From Bdellovibrionales bacterium GWA1_52_35 (GTDB taxonomy: Bacteria > Bdellovibrionota > UBA1018): a stretch of 64,000 nt of DNA. The position numbers were made by a program, and so were the translations under genes. The DNA lies in assembly GCA_001769805.1 (NCBI GenBank), contig MEPO01000027.1:75276-139275 (forward strand), given 5' to 3'. The notes under the pieces are model-generated. The model saw only the letters and a program-made list of their open reading frames with translations, was not told the DNA's origin and searched no databases. Below, piece by piece: positions 1 through 7,961 of the stretch (position 1 is the stretch's first letter; every line of letters begins with the position of its first letter).

Positions 1-15
1 CATATAATCTCCCGA

Positions 16-2160
16 TCAGGGTTTCGCGCCAAAAAGACTCCGCGAAATTCGCATACCTTTAGCTTCCATCTCTTCCACGAATTTCGGAATGAATCCGGTA
101 GGAACAAACCGGCCGATGATCTTCCGTTTTTTGTCCAGACTTTCCTGTTTGTACAGAAATATGTCCTGCAGACTGATCACATCCCCCTGCATCCCGACCA
201 CCTCGGTAATGTGCGTGACTTTCCGGGTGCCATCACTCAAACGGCTTTGCTGAATGATCAGGCCGACGGCGGAAGCGATATTTTCGCGAATGGCTTTGGC
301 GGGAATTCCCAGCCCGGCCATCATGACCAGCGTTTCCAGGCGGGCAATGCACTCACGCGGATTATTCGCATGAAGAGTGGTCAGCGATCCGGAATGTCCC
401 GTATTCATCGCCTGCAGCATATCCAGGGCTTCACCCCCGCGGCACTCGCCGACCACGATACGCTCAGGCCGCATCCGGAGACAGTTCTTGATCAGGTCGC
501 GGATACTGACCTCGCCCTCGCCTTCAATATTCTTCGTGCGCGACTCCAGACGAACGACATGGTCCTGTCCGAGCTGTAACTCTGCAGAATCTTCCACTGT
601 AATGATGCGTTCCGTGGCGGGAATGAAATTGGAAAGCACATTGAGCAGCGTCGTCTTGCCGGAACCGGTACCGCCGGAGACGACAATATTCAACTTGGCC
701 TCAACACAGGCCCGAAGGAAGTCTGCAATTTCGTCGGTCATCGAGCCAAAGCCCACCAGATCCTTGACTTCAATCCGCTTCTTGGGAAATTTACGGATGG
801 TAATGGTCGGTCCACGGAGCGCTAGTGGCGGAATAATCACATGGACGCGCGAACCATCGCGCAGACGCGCGTCGACATAAGGAACTTTTTCGTCCACCCG
901 GCGCCCCAAGGGGGTGACAATACGCTCAATCACGTTCATCATCTGATGCTCACTGCTGAAAGTCACCTTCGACATCTGCGGCTTCCCGTTGCGTTCCAGA
1001 TAGATCTGGTCGCGCGCGTTGACCATGATTTCCGTCACCGAATCATCCGCCAGAAAGTCCTCCAGCGGACCAAGACCGAGTGCCTCATCCAGGACTTCCT
1101 TCACCAGCTGGGCTTTGCTTTCACGCGTCGGACACAGAGAAGATGTGTCTTCGCCATTCAGAATATCGAGAACACCTTTCTGGGTTTTTTCCCTCAGAAT
1201 AGCCCGCTGCTTGGAGTCATTGGTATCCGTGGTCATCTTTTTGAGATCCATCTGCTCCACGAGCGCTTTATGAATGCGGAGTTTCATTGAAGTCCACGGA
1301 TCAATGGCACCGTTAATACTGCGGGCATTCTGGCCATTTTCCGTAGTAGTCAGGTTATTCGCCGCTGTCGCTTTTGCCGCCACCCCCGTGGGTTTCTTCA
1401 GCTTCACGAGGCTCTCAAAAAGATTGACCTGCTGAACCCTTCGGACGATTTCGTGATAGCCTTTGGCGGCCGGGGAATTGGGTGCCCCAATACACAAGGG
1501 AATACTCTTGGCCAGGGAGCTGTCACAGGAGGCCGCATCCTCCAGAATAGCCGCAAAAACCTGCCGATTCAGATTCTTCTGGATCATGGGAAGCGTGACC
1601 ACACTGGCGGGCTGATAGCGATTGACGACGAGCTGAACCATTTCCGGGGGGAACAGAAGTTCCTGGATCCTGGCCAGGACCCGCTTTGTCTGGTTGAGGA
1701 CAATCACGTCGGCCATGGTGACGACGAAAATCGCGGTCGCATATTCCAGTGTCTTCAAAGCCCAGGGTTCCGTTCCCGAACCACAATCCACGACGATCAG
1801 GTTGAACACGTTGGTAATCGCTTTCAGAAATCGCCCATACCCGTCCATGTCAAAATCCTGCACCATCACCGAGTCACGAGGCGCACCAATGAAGCTGAAG
1901 CCCGCCGGAGCGTTCACCATGAAGGGACCCAATGTTTTGGGATCGATGGAAGGTACCTGCAGCTTCGAAAGATCCACGATCGTTCGCTGCGGATTCAGGC
2001 CCAGAATGATATTCTGATCACCCAGGGAATTGAAATCGAGATCAACAATGAGCGGCCGCTGATGAAATTCCTGCTGATAGGCGATCGCGAGATTGGCCGC
2101 AAAAATGCTTTTGCCGACCCCGCCCTTTCCGCCTACCACTGCTACAATGTGTCCGGCCAT
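16..2160 (-). CDS. cpaF: Tad pilus secretion ATPase CpaF/TadA with an N-terminal CpaE/TadZ-like ParA/MinD domain (fusion protein)
   Basis: N-terminus has a deviant Walker A 'VVGGKGGVGKS' typical of MinD/ParA/CpaE proteins (~260 aa). C-terminal ~440 aa has the VirB11/CpaF-type Walker A 'VSGGTGSGKTTLLNVL' and downstream ATPase motifs. True ATG start at 2160; the gene sits last in the co-directional Tad array. Confidence 0.85.
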   Translation of the reverse strand: MAGHIVAVVGGKGGVGKSIFAANLAIAYQQEFHQRPLIVDLDFNSLGDQNIILGLNPQRTIVDLSKLQVPSIDPKTLGPFMVNAPAGFSFIGAPRDSVMVQDFDMDGYGRFLKAITNVFNLIVVDCGSGTEPWALKTLEYATAIFVVTMADVIVLNQTKRVLARIQELLFPPEMVQLVVNRYQPASVVTLPMIQKNLNRQVFAAILEDAASCDSSLAKSIPLCIGAPNSPAAKGYHEIVRRVQQVNLFESLVKLKKPTGVAAKATAANNLTTTENGQNARSINGAIDPWTSMKLRIHKALVEQMDLKKMTTDTNDSKQRAILREKTQKGVLDILNGEDTSSLCPTRESKAQLVKEVLDEALGLGPLEDFLADDSVTEIMVNARDQIYLERNGKPQMSKVTFSSEHQMMNVIERIVTPLGRRVDEKVPYVDARLRDGSRVHVIIPPLALRGPTITIRKFPKKRIEVKDLVGFGSMTDEIADFLRACVEAKLNIVVSGGTGSGKTTLLNVLSNFIPATERIITVEDSAELQLGQDHVVRLESRTKNIEGEGEVSIRDLIKNCLRMRPERIVVGECRGGEALDMLQAMNTGHSGSLTTLHANNPRECIARLETLVMMAGLGIPAKAIRENIASAVGLIIQQSRLSDGTRKVTHITEVVGMQGDVISLQDIFLYKQESLDKKRKIIGRFVPTGFIPKFVEEMEAKGMRISRSLFGAKP

Positions 2161-2175
2161 TCCCGATAATCCCCT

Positions 2176-3822
2176 TTATTTCACTTTCACACGGAAATTT
2201 TTGCGAAGATCCTCTGTGCCATCGGAGGCGTTGTCCACGATTTGCGGGGTGACAAAGATGACAAACTGGGACTTCGATCGATTATAACCCTTTGAACGGG
2301 TCAGGTTGAACAATTCTTCGGTATTCTGGGCAAACTGCCCGGTATCCGGAGTTTTATTGAATACCGTCTTCACGCGGGAAGAATTGATGGCCGCTACGGC
2401 GGCGCTTTCGTTGGATTTGACATAAAGCTTCGTGGTGACCTTGTGGGTCGCCACGATCGGCGCGCCCGAGGCGCCCTGGGATACGAGTTCATTTTCGAAC
2501 ATGTCCAGGTCCAGCTGAATGTCCTCGCTCGACCCCAGGATCATCGGTGTCGCAGAAACTTCAAGACCCACTTTTGCCGAGGCGGCAGCTGTTTGCGTAC
2601 CGCTTTGGACCAGATATGGAATTTCTGTGGTTTGATTGAGTTTTGCCTGCTGCCCGCTACGGACAATGATCGTTCCGGTGTTGAGGACCCGGGCATATCC
2701 GGCATCCTGCGCGCTCTTCAATTTCGGGAAGAGACTGGAAATGGTCGCACTGAAAGAAGCACCGGTGCCGCCGACACCACCAGTGCCGGTACCAATGGTA
2801 AATTGATCCGAACCGCTGGTGAAACCAGGGCGCCAAACAAAGCCGAAGGCTTTGCTGTAATCCTTTGAAAGCTCCACAAAATGAATGGTGACACGAACGA
2901 GCCGCTCTGCTTTCTTCGGAGGTGGAGGGCTGACCAGAATGAAATTCTGAATCATGGCTCCGGCTTTTCCCTCAAGCTTTTTTGCATCTCTTTCCACGGT
3001 CGTAAGAGGATCGGCGGGCTTGGGGTCGGGCAGATAAAGTTCCGCGACTCTTGTCGCACGCTGGGCCTTGTCCAGACTGTCTACCGTTCCTTCCAGAAAT
3101 ATTTTCCCGTTCACGACCCGGGTTTTCACATTCTCCGCGAAGACATTGATGTCTTCCTGGATTTTTCTCGCCAAAACCTGCATTGCCAGAGGTGAAAGCA
3201 CCATGAGATTGATCACCCAGGAACCGTAGGCGGAATCACTGATGACCCGAAGCACCCTTGTATAGTCACCTGGCACGAGCACTTCACCTTCAACGATTAC
3301 CTTCATGCCGACCACTCGGATTTCGACACCTTCGACATCCCGAACCAAATTGCGGATTTCTGCGGCAATCCGGTACACATTGGCTGCCGTCACCCGAACG
3401 GTGAAGATCACCTTGATCGTACCCTCCGGATCACGGACGGTCACGGTTGTGGTGCCTTCTTTCGCCGGTCGGAATACGATCTGGTATTTGCCGCCAATAT
3501 TACCCACAATCGGCACCACGACGTCCGGTTTGGCAACCGAGACCTGCAGTTTGGGATCAGGAATTTCGAAATCCAGATCAACCACTTTGTCTTCGACAAT
3601 ACTGAGCACCAGCAGTCGCCGATCGGCGGTTTTTTCTGATTCATCAGAGGTATGCCTGGAACGGCGAAATTTTTTCTTTTTGCGGGCGGACGCCGGTTTT
3701 TCATCGGCGGTTCCCGCTGCTGCACCGGGGCCCGTTGCCGAGGGGGGTGCGTCTTCAGCATAGGATGGCAGCGCTGCCATTACCAGCAGTGAAACCATGC
3801 CTGAAATCAGAAACCGCTTCAT
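2176..3822 (-). CDS. cpaC: Tad pilus outer-membrane secretin (CpaC/RcpA family)
   Basis: Signal peptide 'MKRFLISGMVSLLVMAALPSYA'. Lys/Arg-rich linker, then a secretin-type C-terminal domain (GxxxVPxL-like glycine-rich beta-rich region, '...LNTGTIIVRSGQQAKL...'). Start chosen at the internal ATG at 3822 (the ORF track starts at 3900). Confidence 0.8.
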   Translation of the reverse strand: MKRFLISGMVSLLVMAALPSYAEDAPPSATGPGAAAGTADEKPASARKKKKFRRSRHTSDESEKTADRRLLVLSIVEDKVVDLDFEIPDPKLQVSVAKPDVVVPIVGNIGGKYQIVFRPAKEGTTTVTVRDPEGTIKVIFTVRVTAANVYRIAAEIRNLVRDVEGVEIRVVGMKVIVEGEVLVPGDYTRVLRVISDSAYGSWVINLMVLSPLAMQVLARKIQEDINVFAENVKTRVVNGKIFLEGTVDSLDKAQRATRVAELYLPDPKPADPLTTVERDAKKLEGKAGAMIQNFILVSPPPPKKAERLVRVTIHFVELSKDYSKAFGFVWRPGFTSGSDQFTIGTGTGGVGGTGASFSATISSLFPKLKSAQDAGYARVLNTGTIIVRSGQQAKLNQTTEIPYLVQSGTQTAAASAKVGLEVSATPMILGSSEDIQLDLDMFENELVSQGASGAPIVATHKVTTKLYVKSNESAAVAAINSSRVKTVFNKTPDTGQFAQNTEELFNLTRSKGYNRSKSQFVIFVTPQIVDNASDGTEDLRKNFRVKVK

Positions 3823-3847
3823 TTGGATAAACATACGCTCCGTTTCA

Positions 3848-4690
3848 TCACCTTTTGGCCGGCACTCGTTGAACACGCCCGGCATCCGCACCCAGAACAT
3901 CCATCAGCATCACTCCTGGCAGATTAACCCGCTCGGTATCGTCATTATTCCGCAAAGAGAGCGTGAGCAGGTTTTCACCGCTGGCCGAGAGTAAGGCCAG
4001 CATCTGCACCTGCGCGGGCTCAACCTCAAGAGTGACGGAATTGAAAGTGAAGTCCTCCGCCAAAGGTCGGACCCGGTCCCTGCCTCCAGTGGGATCCGCT
4101 TCAATCACGCGCGGAACGTTATTCGTGACACTCCGACCGACAGCGAGCACCACAATATCCTGCAAAACTGTTTTGACGATCTTGGTATCCTTGCCGCCAC
4201 TGTCAATCACGGCAATCAGGTCGACCCGATCGCCCGGTTTGACGAGTTTGCCGATACTTGTGGTCTCACTGATACCGATCGAAACCGCGCGTCTCCCCGG
4301 CGCGACCTGGGGCGCCAGTCCGGTACGAATTCCTGGATGAGTCATTTTGTTCAATGTGATCTGCTCGCCCTTTTTGATCGGAACCATGGCGACACTTCCG
4401 GCCAGACTCTTGATGACCCGGGTCCCCTCGAGCTCAGATTCCTCCTGCTTTTCGCGTTTTGCGAACGAAACAGCGGAGGGCTCCAAGAACGCCCTGGGGA
4501 TGACCGAAAGCTCGATCATGGTCTCATCAATCGTCTCCGTATCCTTGATGTCGACCTTGGCTTTCAGGACATTGACTTCCGTTCCGAATTTCTTCTTCTG
4601 ACCCTCTTCCAGACTGCCGATGTAACTCTGCACAAAGAGCACTGCGAGAACACCCATAATGAGAGAGAGAGTCACTGCTCTGTTATTCAT
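3848..4690 (-). CDS. cpaB: Flp pilus assembly protein CpaB (RcpC) family
   Basis: N-terminal membrane anchor 'MNNRAVTLSLIMGVLAVLFVQSYIG' followed by a SAF/CpaB-like periplasmic domain. Located between the pseudopilin and secretin genes. Start set at the internal ATG at 4690. Confidence 0.7.
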   Translation of the reverse strand: MNNRAVTLSLIMGVLAVLFVQSYIGSLEEGQKKKFGTEVNVLKAKVDIKDTETIDETMIELSVIPRAFLEPSAVSFAKREKQEESELEGTRVIKSLAGSVAMVPIKKGEQITLNKMTHPGIRTGLAPQVAPGRRAVSIGISETTSIGKLVKPGDRVDLIAVIDSGGKDTKIVKTVLQDIVVLAVGRSVTNNVPRVIEADPTGGRDRVRPLAEDFTFNSVTLEVEPAQVQMLALLSASGENLLTLSLRNNDDTERVNLPGVMLMDVLGADAGRVQRVPAKR

Positions 4691-5228
4691 TGTATCTGCT
4701 CCTGCAAAGTTCAAATTTTGAAGCTTCTCCCAACCCGTAAGGACCGCTGGCCGTATAGACTTTTCTGTCCGGTGATTGAACCGGCAGGATGGGCCTGCCA
4801 TCCGCAAGAACGTTTTGCTGTGTACACATGGATACGGTACTGCGGACGCGGATCTTGGACCGTTCCGGCGGAGTCATCCGATCCTCACTGCCCTGAACGC
4901 CGGGGCGAGTAATCGAATAGTTCATGGACATAGGGGGGCTTCCATCGAGAATTTCAATCGCCGAAACTCCGATGATCATCTGGTTGTATCCGATGTTGGT
5001 GAGATCGTTTGTCCGCAGAGCCATGCCCGGGAAATAGGGACTGTTCATGGCCAAAGCAAGCGCGTGAGAGCGTGAATATTTTTGATTGACGAGCGAAATT
5101 TGAATCACCGTGTTGATCTTGATCATCAGCATGGTGAGGATCACCATCATGGGGAGCATCAGGATCAACTCCAGGACACTCTGTCCACGGGTACTCTGCT
5201 GTTTATGGCTATGCGACTTAACAGCCAT
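4683..5228 (-). CDS. TadE/TadF-like pseudopilin (Flp pilus assembly)
   Basis: N-terminal 'QQSTRGQSVLELILMLPMMVIL' matches the TadE-like motif (RGQxxVEFxL plus a hydrophobic helix). Third of three tandem paralogs. Start uncertain (5228 vs 5264). Confidence 0.6.
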   Translation of the reverse strand: MAVKSHSHKQQSTRGQSVLELILMLPMMVILTMLMIKINTVIQISLVNQKYSRSHALALAMNSPYFPGMALRTNDLTNIGYNQMIIGVSAIEILDGSPPMSMNYSITRPGVQGSEDRMTPPERSKIRVRSTVSMCTQQNVLADGRPILPVQSPDRKVYTASGPYGLGEASKFELCRSRYNE

Positions 5229-5757
5229 TATCGATGATCCCCTTTTTTGCTCCCATTTCCTCACTGCATTCCTGATAAGATGGTTCTCTCCCCAACCAGC
5301 TCTCTGAAGTTAAAGTCAGCTGATTCGCTGCATCACCTTTGGGCGTCAGGCCCGCAAACGGCAGCAGAAAAAGCTGGCTCTTGAATCTGTATCGGACTCC
5401 TTGCATCCAAACTGTATCGAAATTCGCCGGATCATAACGCGGATGGTTAATCTGGAAGCCTTTGATATCACTTCCCTCAAAGCCCTTTGCCACCCAGGGA
5501 TACCGGTCTGTGCCATTCCCTTTGTTCTTCACTGTCGCCAGGATGATTTCCTGGGCATTGGCGATCTGCTCGTCGGGTGTACTTCCTGCAGAGAGATAGG
5601 CCCGGGCCGACATGAAAGTGGCGTATTGCACATAATTACTGAACCCGAAGATCAGTCCGAGCCGCAGAAAAAACATCGAGAAACTCATGAGTAAAATCAA
5701 GACGAGCGCGAACTCCACCGTGGATTGTCCTGCCTGTCTTTCTTTTTTCAGACTCAT
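5218..5757 (-). CDS. TadE/TadF-like pseudopilin
   Basis: N-terminal 'MSLKKERQAGQSTVEFALVLILLMSF' is TadE-like. Start uncertain (5757 vs 5772). Confidence 0.6.
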   Translation of the reverse strand: MSLKKERQAGQSTVEFALVLILLMSFSMFFLRLGLIFGFSNYVQYATFMSARAYLSAGSTPDEQIANAQEIILATVKNKGNGTDRYPWVAKGFEGSDIKGFQINHPRYDPANFDTVWMQGVRYRFKSQLFLLPFAGLTPKGDAANQLTLTSESWLGREPSYQECSEEMGAKKGIIDNGC

Positions 5758-5768
5758 TTCACACCTTC

Positions 5769-6044
5769 TCACCGGGGATTGATAAACAGCCGAAAGCTAT
5801 TCATTCCGCCATCTTCCGCTCGCGGATGATTTTCGGAAGTACCCTCATCATTACTGCGACCTTTGGGATGCCCGACCTGATAGGCATTTTTGTAATCCTC
5901 CTGGATCGGTTTCAGCATTTTTTCGCCGAGCTGAAACGTCGTCAAGGAACGGACGAACGCGATGTAGGCAGAAAGCAGGATGATCAGCAGAAGGATGTAT
6001 TCGAAAGTAGCCTGACCGGCCTGTCTTCGTTTTTTCAAAACCAC
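5769..6044 (-). CDS. small TadE/pseudopilin-like protein
   Basis: N-terminal 'VLKKRRQAGQATFEYILLLIILLSAYIAF' has the same RQAGQxT(F/V)E(Y/F) motif as the two downstream paralogs. The start is probably a GTG/TTG near 6044 rather than the GTG at 6059 used by the ORF track. Confidence 0.5.
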   Translation of the reverse strand: MVLKKRRQAGQATFEYILLLIILLSAYIAFVRSLTTFQLGEKMLKPIQEDYKNAYQVGHPKGRSNDEGTSENHPRAEDGGMNSFRLFINPR

Positions 6045-6589
6045 GGAAACACCCCCCACTTCTGCAGAGGATGGTCAAACAGGACCCAGACTGCCGCAAT
6101 CGCGATCGGAATGCCGAAAGGCATCGTCAATTTGCGATCGACCACGGGAGCCTGGATTTCCAGTTCACGGATGAAAACCGAGAGAAGAAAACGGTATAGG
6201 CGGCGTGAAAAATCAGGCAATCGGCCCTTTGCGAGCAGAAGAAGCGCTGCCAGAACGCCTCCCAGCAGAATGGAAAGAATCGCTGTTTCAAAAACATATT
6301 TCGGATCCGTCCAGGCTCCGAGCGCCATCAGAAGTTTCACGTCACCGCCACCCATCACCCGAAGCGCAAAGAGCCAGCCGAAAAGCACGAGCCCGGCAAC
6401 TGCCCCCAGTAACCCCGTTCCCAGGCCACTGAAGCCAGAGACATAAAAGGAAGCGACCAATCCGAGGCAAAATACCGGCAGCGTGAACCAGTTGAAAATT
6501 CGGCCCCAGACCAGATCAGTAAACAGCGCCACCAGCGAAATCAGAGGAATCGCATAATAAATGACAAGCTCAGTTGTCCCGCCAGACAT
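6035..6589 (-). CDS. cpaA: A24-family prepilin peptidase (CpaA/TadV)
   Basis: Polytopic membrane protein, 184 aa, with acidic residues in cytoplasmic loops ('...TDLVWGRIFNW...', '...GGGDVKLLMALG...', a GGDVKL-type motif of A24 peptidases). Sits between the pilin and pseudopilin genes. Confidence 0.75.
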   Translation of the reverse strand: MSGGTTELVIYYAIPLISLVALFTDLVWGRIFNWFTLPVFCLGLVASFYVSGFSGLGTGLLGAVAGLVLFGWLFALRVMGGGDVKLLMALGAWTDPKYVFETAILSILLGGVLAALLLLAKGRLPDFSRRLYRFLLSVFIRELEIQAPVVDRKLTMPFGIPIAIAAVWVLFDHPLQKWGVFPWF

Positions 6590-6797
6590 TGACTGGAATC
6601 CTCCCGGTCTTGAGATCCTTCTCGAGTTGTGAACCCAGCTTCAGCATTCCACGGTCTGTCAATCGCATGATGATCCGAACCACGGCCATCACCGCGACAA
6701 TCGTTACGGTCAGAATGAGGATATACTCGACCGTCGTCTGACCTCTTTCGTCGTCAAACAAGGACCGAGAAAATTTTGGAATGGATGCTGTACCCAT
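6570..6797 (-). CDS. flp: Flp family type IVb/IVc pilin (Flp-2)
   Basis: '...DDERG|QTTVEYILILTVTIVAVMAVV' has the Flp G/xxxxEY processing motif followed by a hydrophobic helix. Start probably at the internal ATG at 6797 (the ORF track gives 6827). Confidence 0.7.
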   Translation of the reverse strand: MGTASIPKFSRSLFDDERGQTTVEYILILTVTIVAVMAVVRIIMRLTDRGMLKLGSQLEKDLKTGRIPVNVWRDN

Positions 6798-6862
6798 CGT
6801 TCTACCCGCAGTGGGCCCCAATCCCATTCTAGCAAATCATGAAAAAGTGTATGGAGAGCGGA

Positions 6863-7045
6863 TCAATTGATATCCTGCATGGCTTCGCCCATCTTGCCAT
6901 CCAGAACATTCAACATACCCGAAAGCTTACCGCCAAATTCCTTCTTGAATCGCAGCGCGACGAGAACCACCACGGAGAGAATGAGAATATACTCCGTCGT
7001 CGACTGTCCGCGATCGTCCCCCCACAAAGCTTTTAAAAAATTCAT
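6863..7045 (-). CDS. flp: Flp family pilin (Flp-1)
   Basis: 60 aa. 'MNFLKALWGDDRG|QSTTEYILILSVVVLVAL' has the Flp motif plus a hydrophobic helix. Good RBS (GAGGGAG) and an AT-rich promoter region upstream. Confidence 0.8.
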   Translation of the reverse strand: MNFLKALWGDDRGQSTTEYILILSVVVLVALRFKKEFGGKLSGMLNVLDGKMGEAMQDIN

Positions 7046-7211
7046 ACCCTAGCTCCCTCTCTCTCTACTTTCTGATCGGCTAAGAGCCCAAGAAGATGAG
7101 AGAAATTAAAGAATCCTCAAACCCCACAGGAATTCTACCTTAATTTTCTAACACTAAACAAAAACAGTCAAGAATAGAGTTTCTCATAAATATTTCTTTA
7201 ATTCTAAGCAC
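7046..7211 (-). promoter_or_regulatory. AT-rich intergenic region upstream of the flp pilin genes, containing the flp promoter/5'UTR
   Basis: This is the only sizeable non-coding gap (166 bp) in the 15 kb minus-strand array. On the transcribed strand it carries TTGACT-N17-GAAAAT and a purine-rich leader 'GTAGAGAGAGAGGGAG' before the ATG. Confidence 0.4.
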
Positions 7212-7961
7212 TTAAAAAAACATTACCATGCCGGTTGCGTTCTCCTCGAACTGGCACTCGCTCAGAACGGCAGTAATCTCGCGAGCAGGTTCCTGAACAC
7301 CGGAAATCTGCCTGGAAATCTGTATGGAACCGATCGTCTGTACTGCTTTTGATCCCAAACCATCGGTTTGCAGCAGTATCCAATCCCCTTTTTTAATACG
7401 ATACTCCATGATCTCCGGCTCAAGGTCCTCCGCCATTCCCAGCGCAGCCAACGGGATATTTAAGGCTGGACTCGCTTGCAGTGAAAGCGGATCGATCATT
7501 CGGGCATAAGTCCGAGGGAGGACGAGTTCAACTGGCTGTCCGTTCCGAAAGAGCCAGGCAGAACAGGATCCGACATTCGCCAGCGCCAGAAGATCGCCAT
7601 CGAGAAAAGCAGCGAGCACTGATGCGCCGCCGCGTTCATGAGTTCCTTTGTCGTGATTCATTTCCAGAATTTTGAGATTGGCGTGAATGAGTGCATTGAA
7701 CAGAACGTTTCCTGCCAATGAGAAATAGGACCGCAGAACGAAAGGCAGGGTGGCTTCCCGATCTCCGCCTTCTTTTTTCAGAAATCCCCGGACCGTCTCG
7801 CAGGCAAGCTTGGAGGCGCCCACCCCGGCGACCGGTCCCCCAAAACCATCCGCAATAACAAAAATTCCATTATCCTTCACCTCAAGCGCGTGGTCCTCCT
7901 GCAACTCGCGCCGGCCCCGATCCGAAAACATTGCGATTGCGTGCACAGGAAGTCTTCTCAT
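7212..7961 (-). CDS. PP2C-family Ser/Thr protein phosphatase
   Basis: Motifs 'RELQEDHAL', 'FVIADGFGG' and 'ILLQTDGLG' match PPM/PP2C metal-binding motifs. 249 aa. 4-bp overlap with the upstream FHA gene. Confidence 0.8.
   Translation of the reverse strand: MRRLPVHAIAMFSDRGRRELQEDHALEVKDNGIFVIADGFGGPVAGVGASKLACETVRGFLKKEGGDREATLPFVLRSYFSLAGNVLFNALIHANLKILEMNHDKGTHERGGASVLAAFLDGDLLALANVGSCSAWLFRNGQPVELVLPRTYARMIDPLSLQASPALNIPLAALGMAEDLEPEIMEYRIKKGDWILLQTDGLGSKAVQTIGSIQISRQISGVQEPAREITAVLSECQFEENATGMVMFF

Noticed and set aside
1453-2169. 238-aa plus-strand ORF
   Set aside because: Antisense to the CpaE-CpaF gene, which has unmistakable Walker motifs on the minus strand. Other antisense ORFs over cpaC/cpaB (841..1290, 3305..3763, 4337..4912) are rejected for the same reason.
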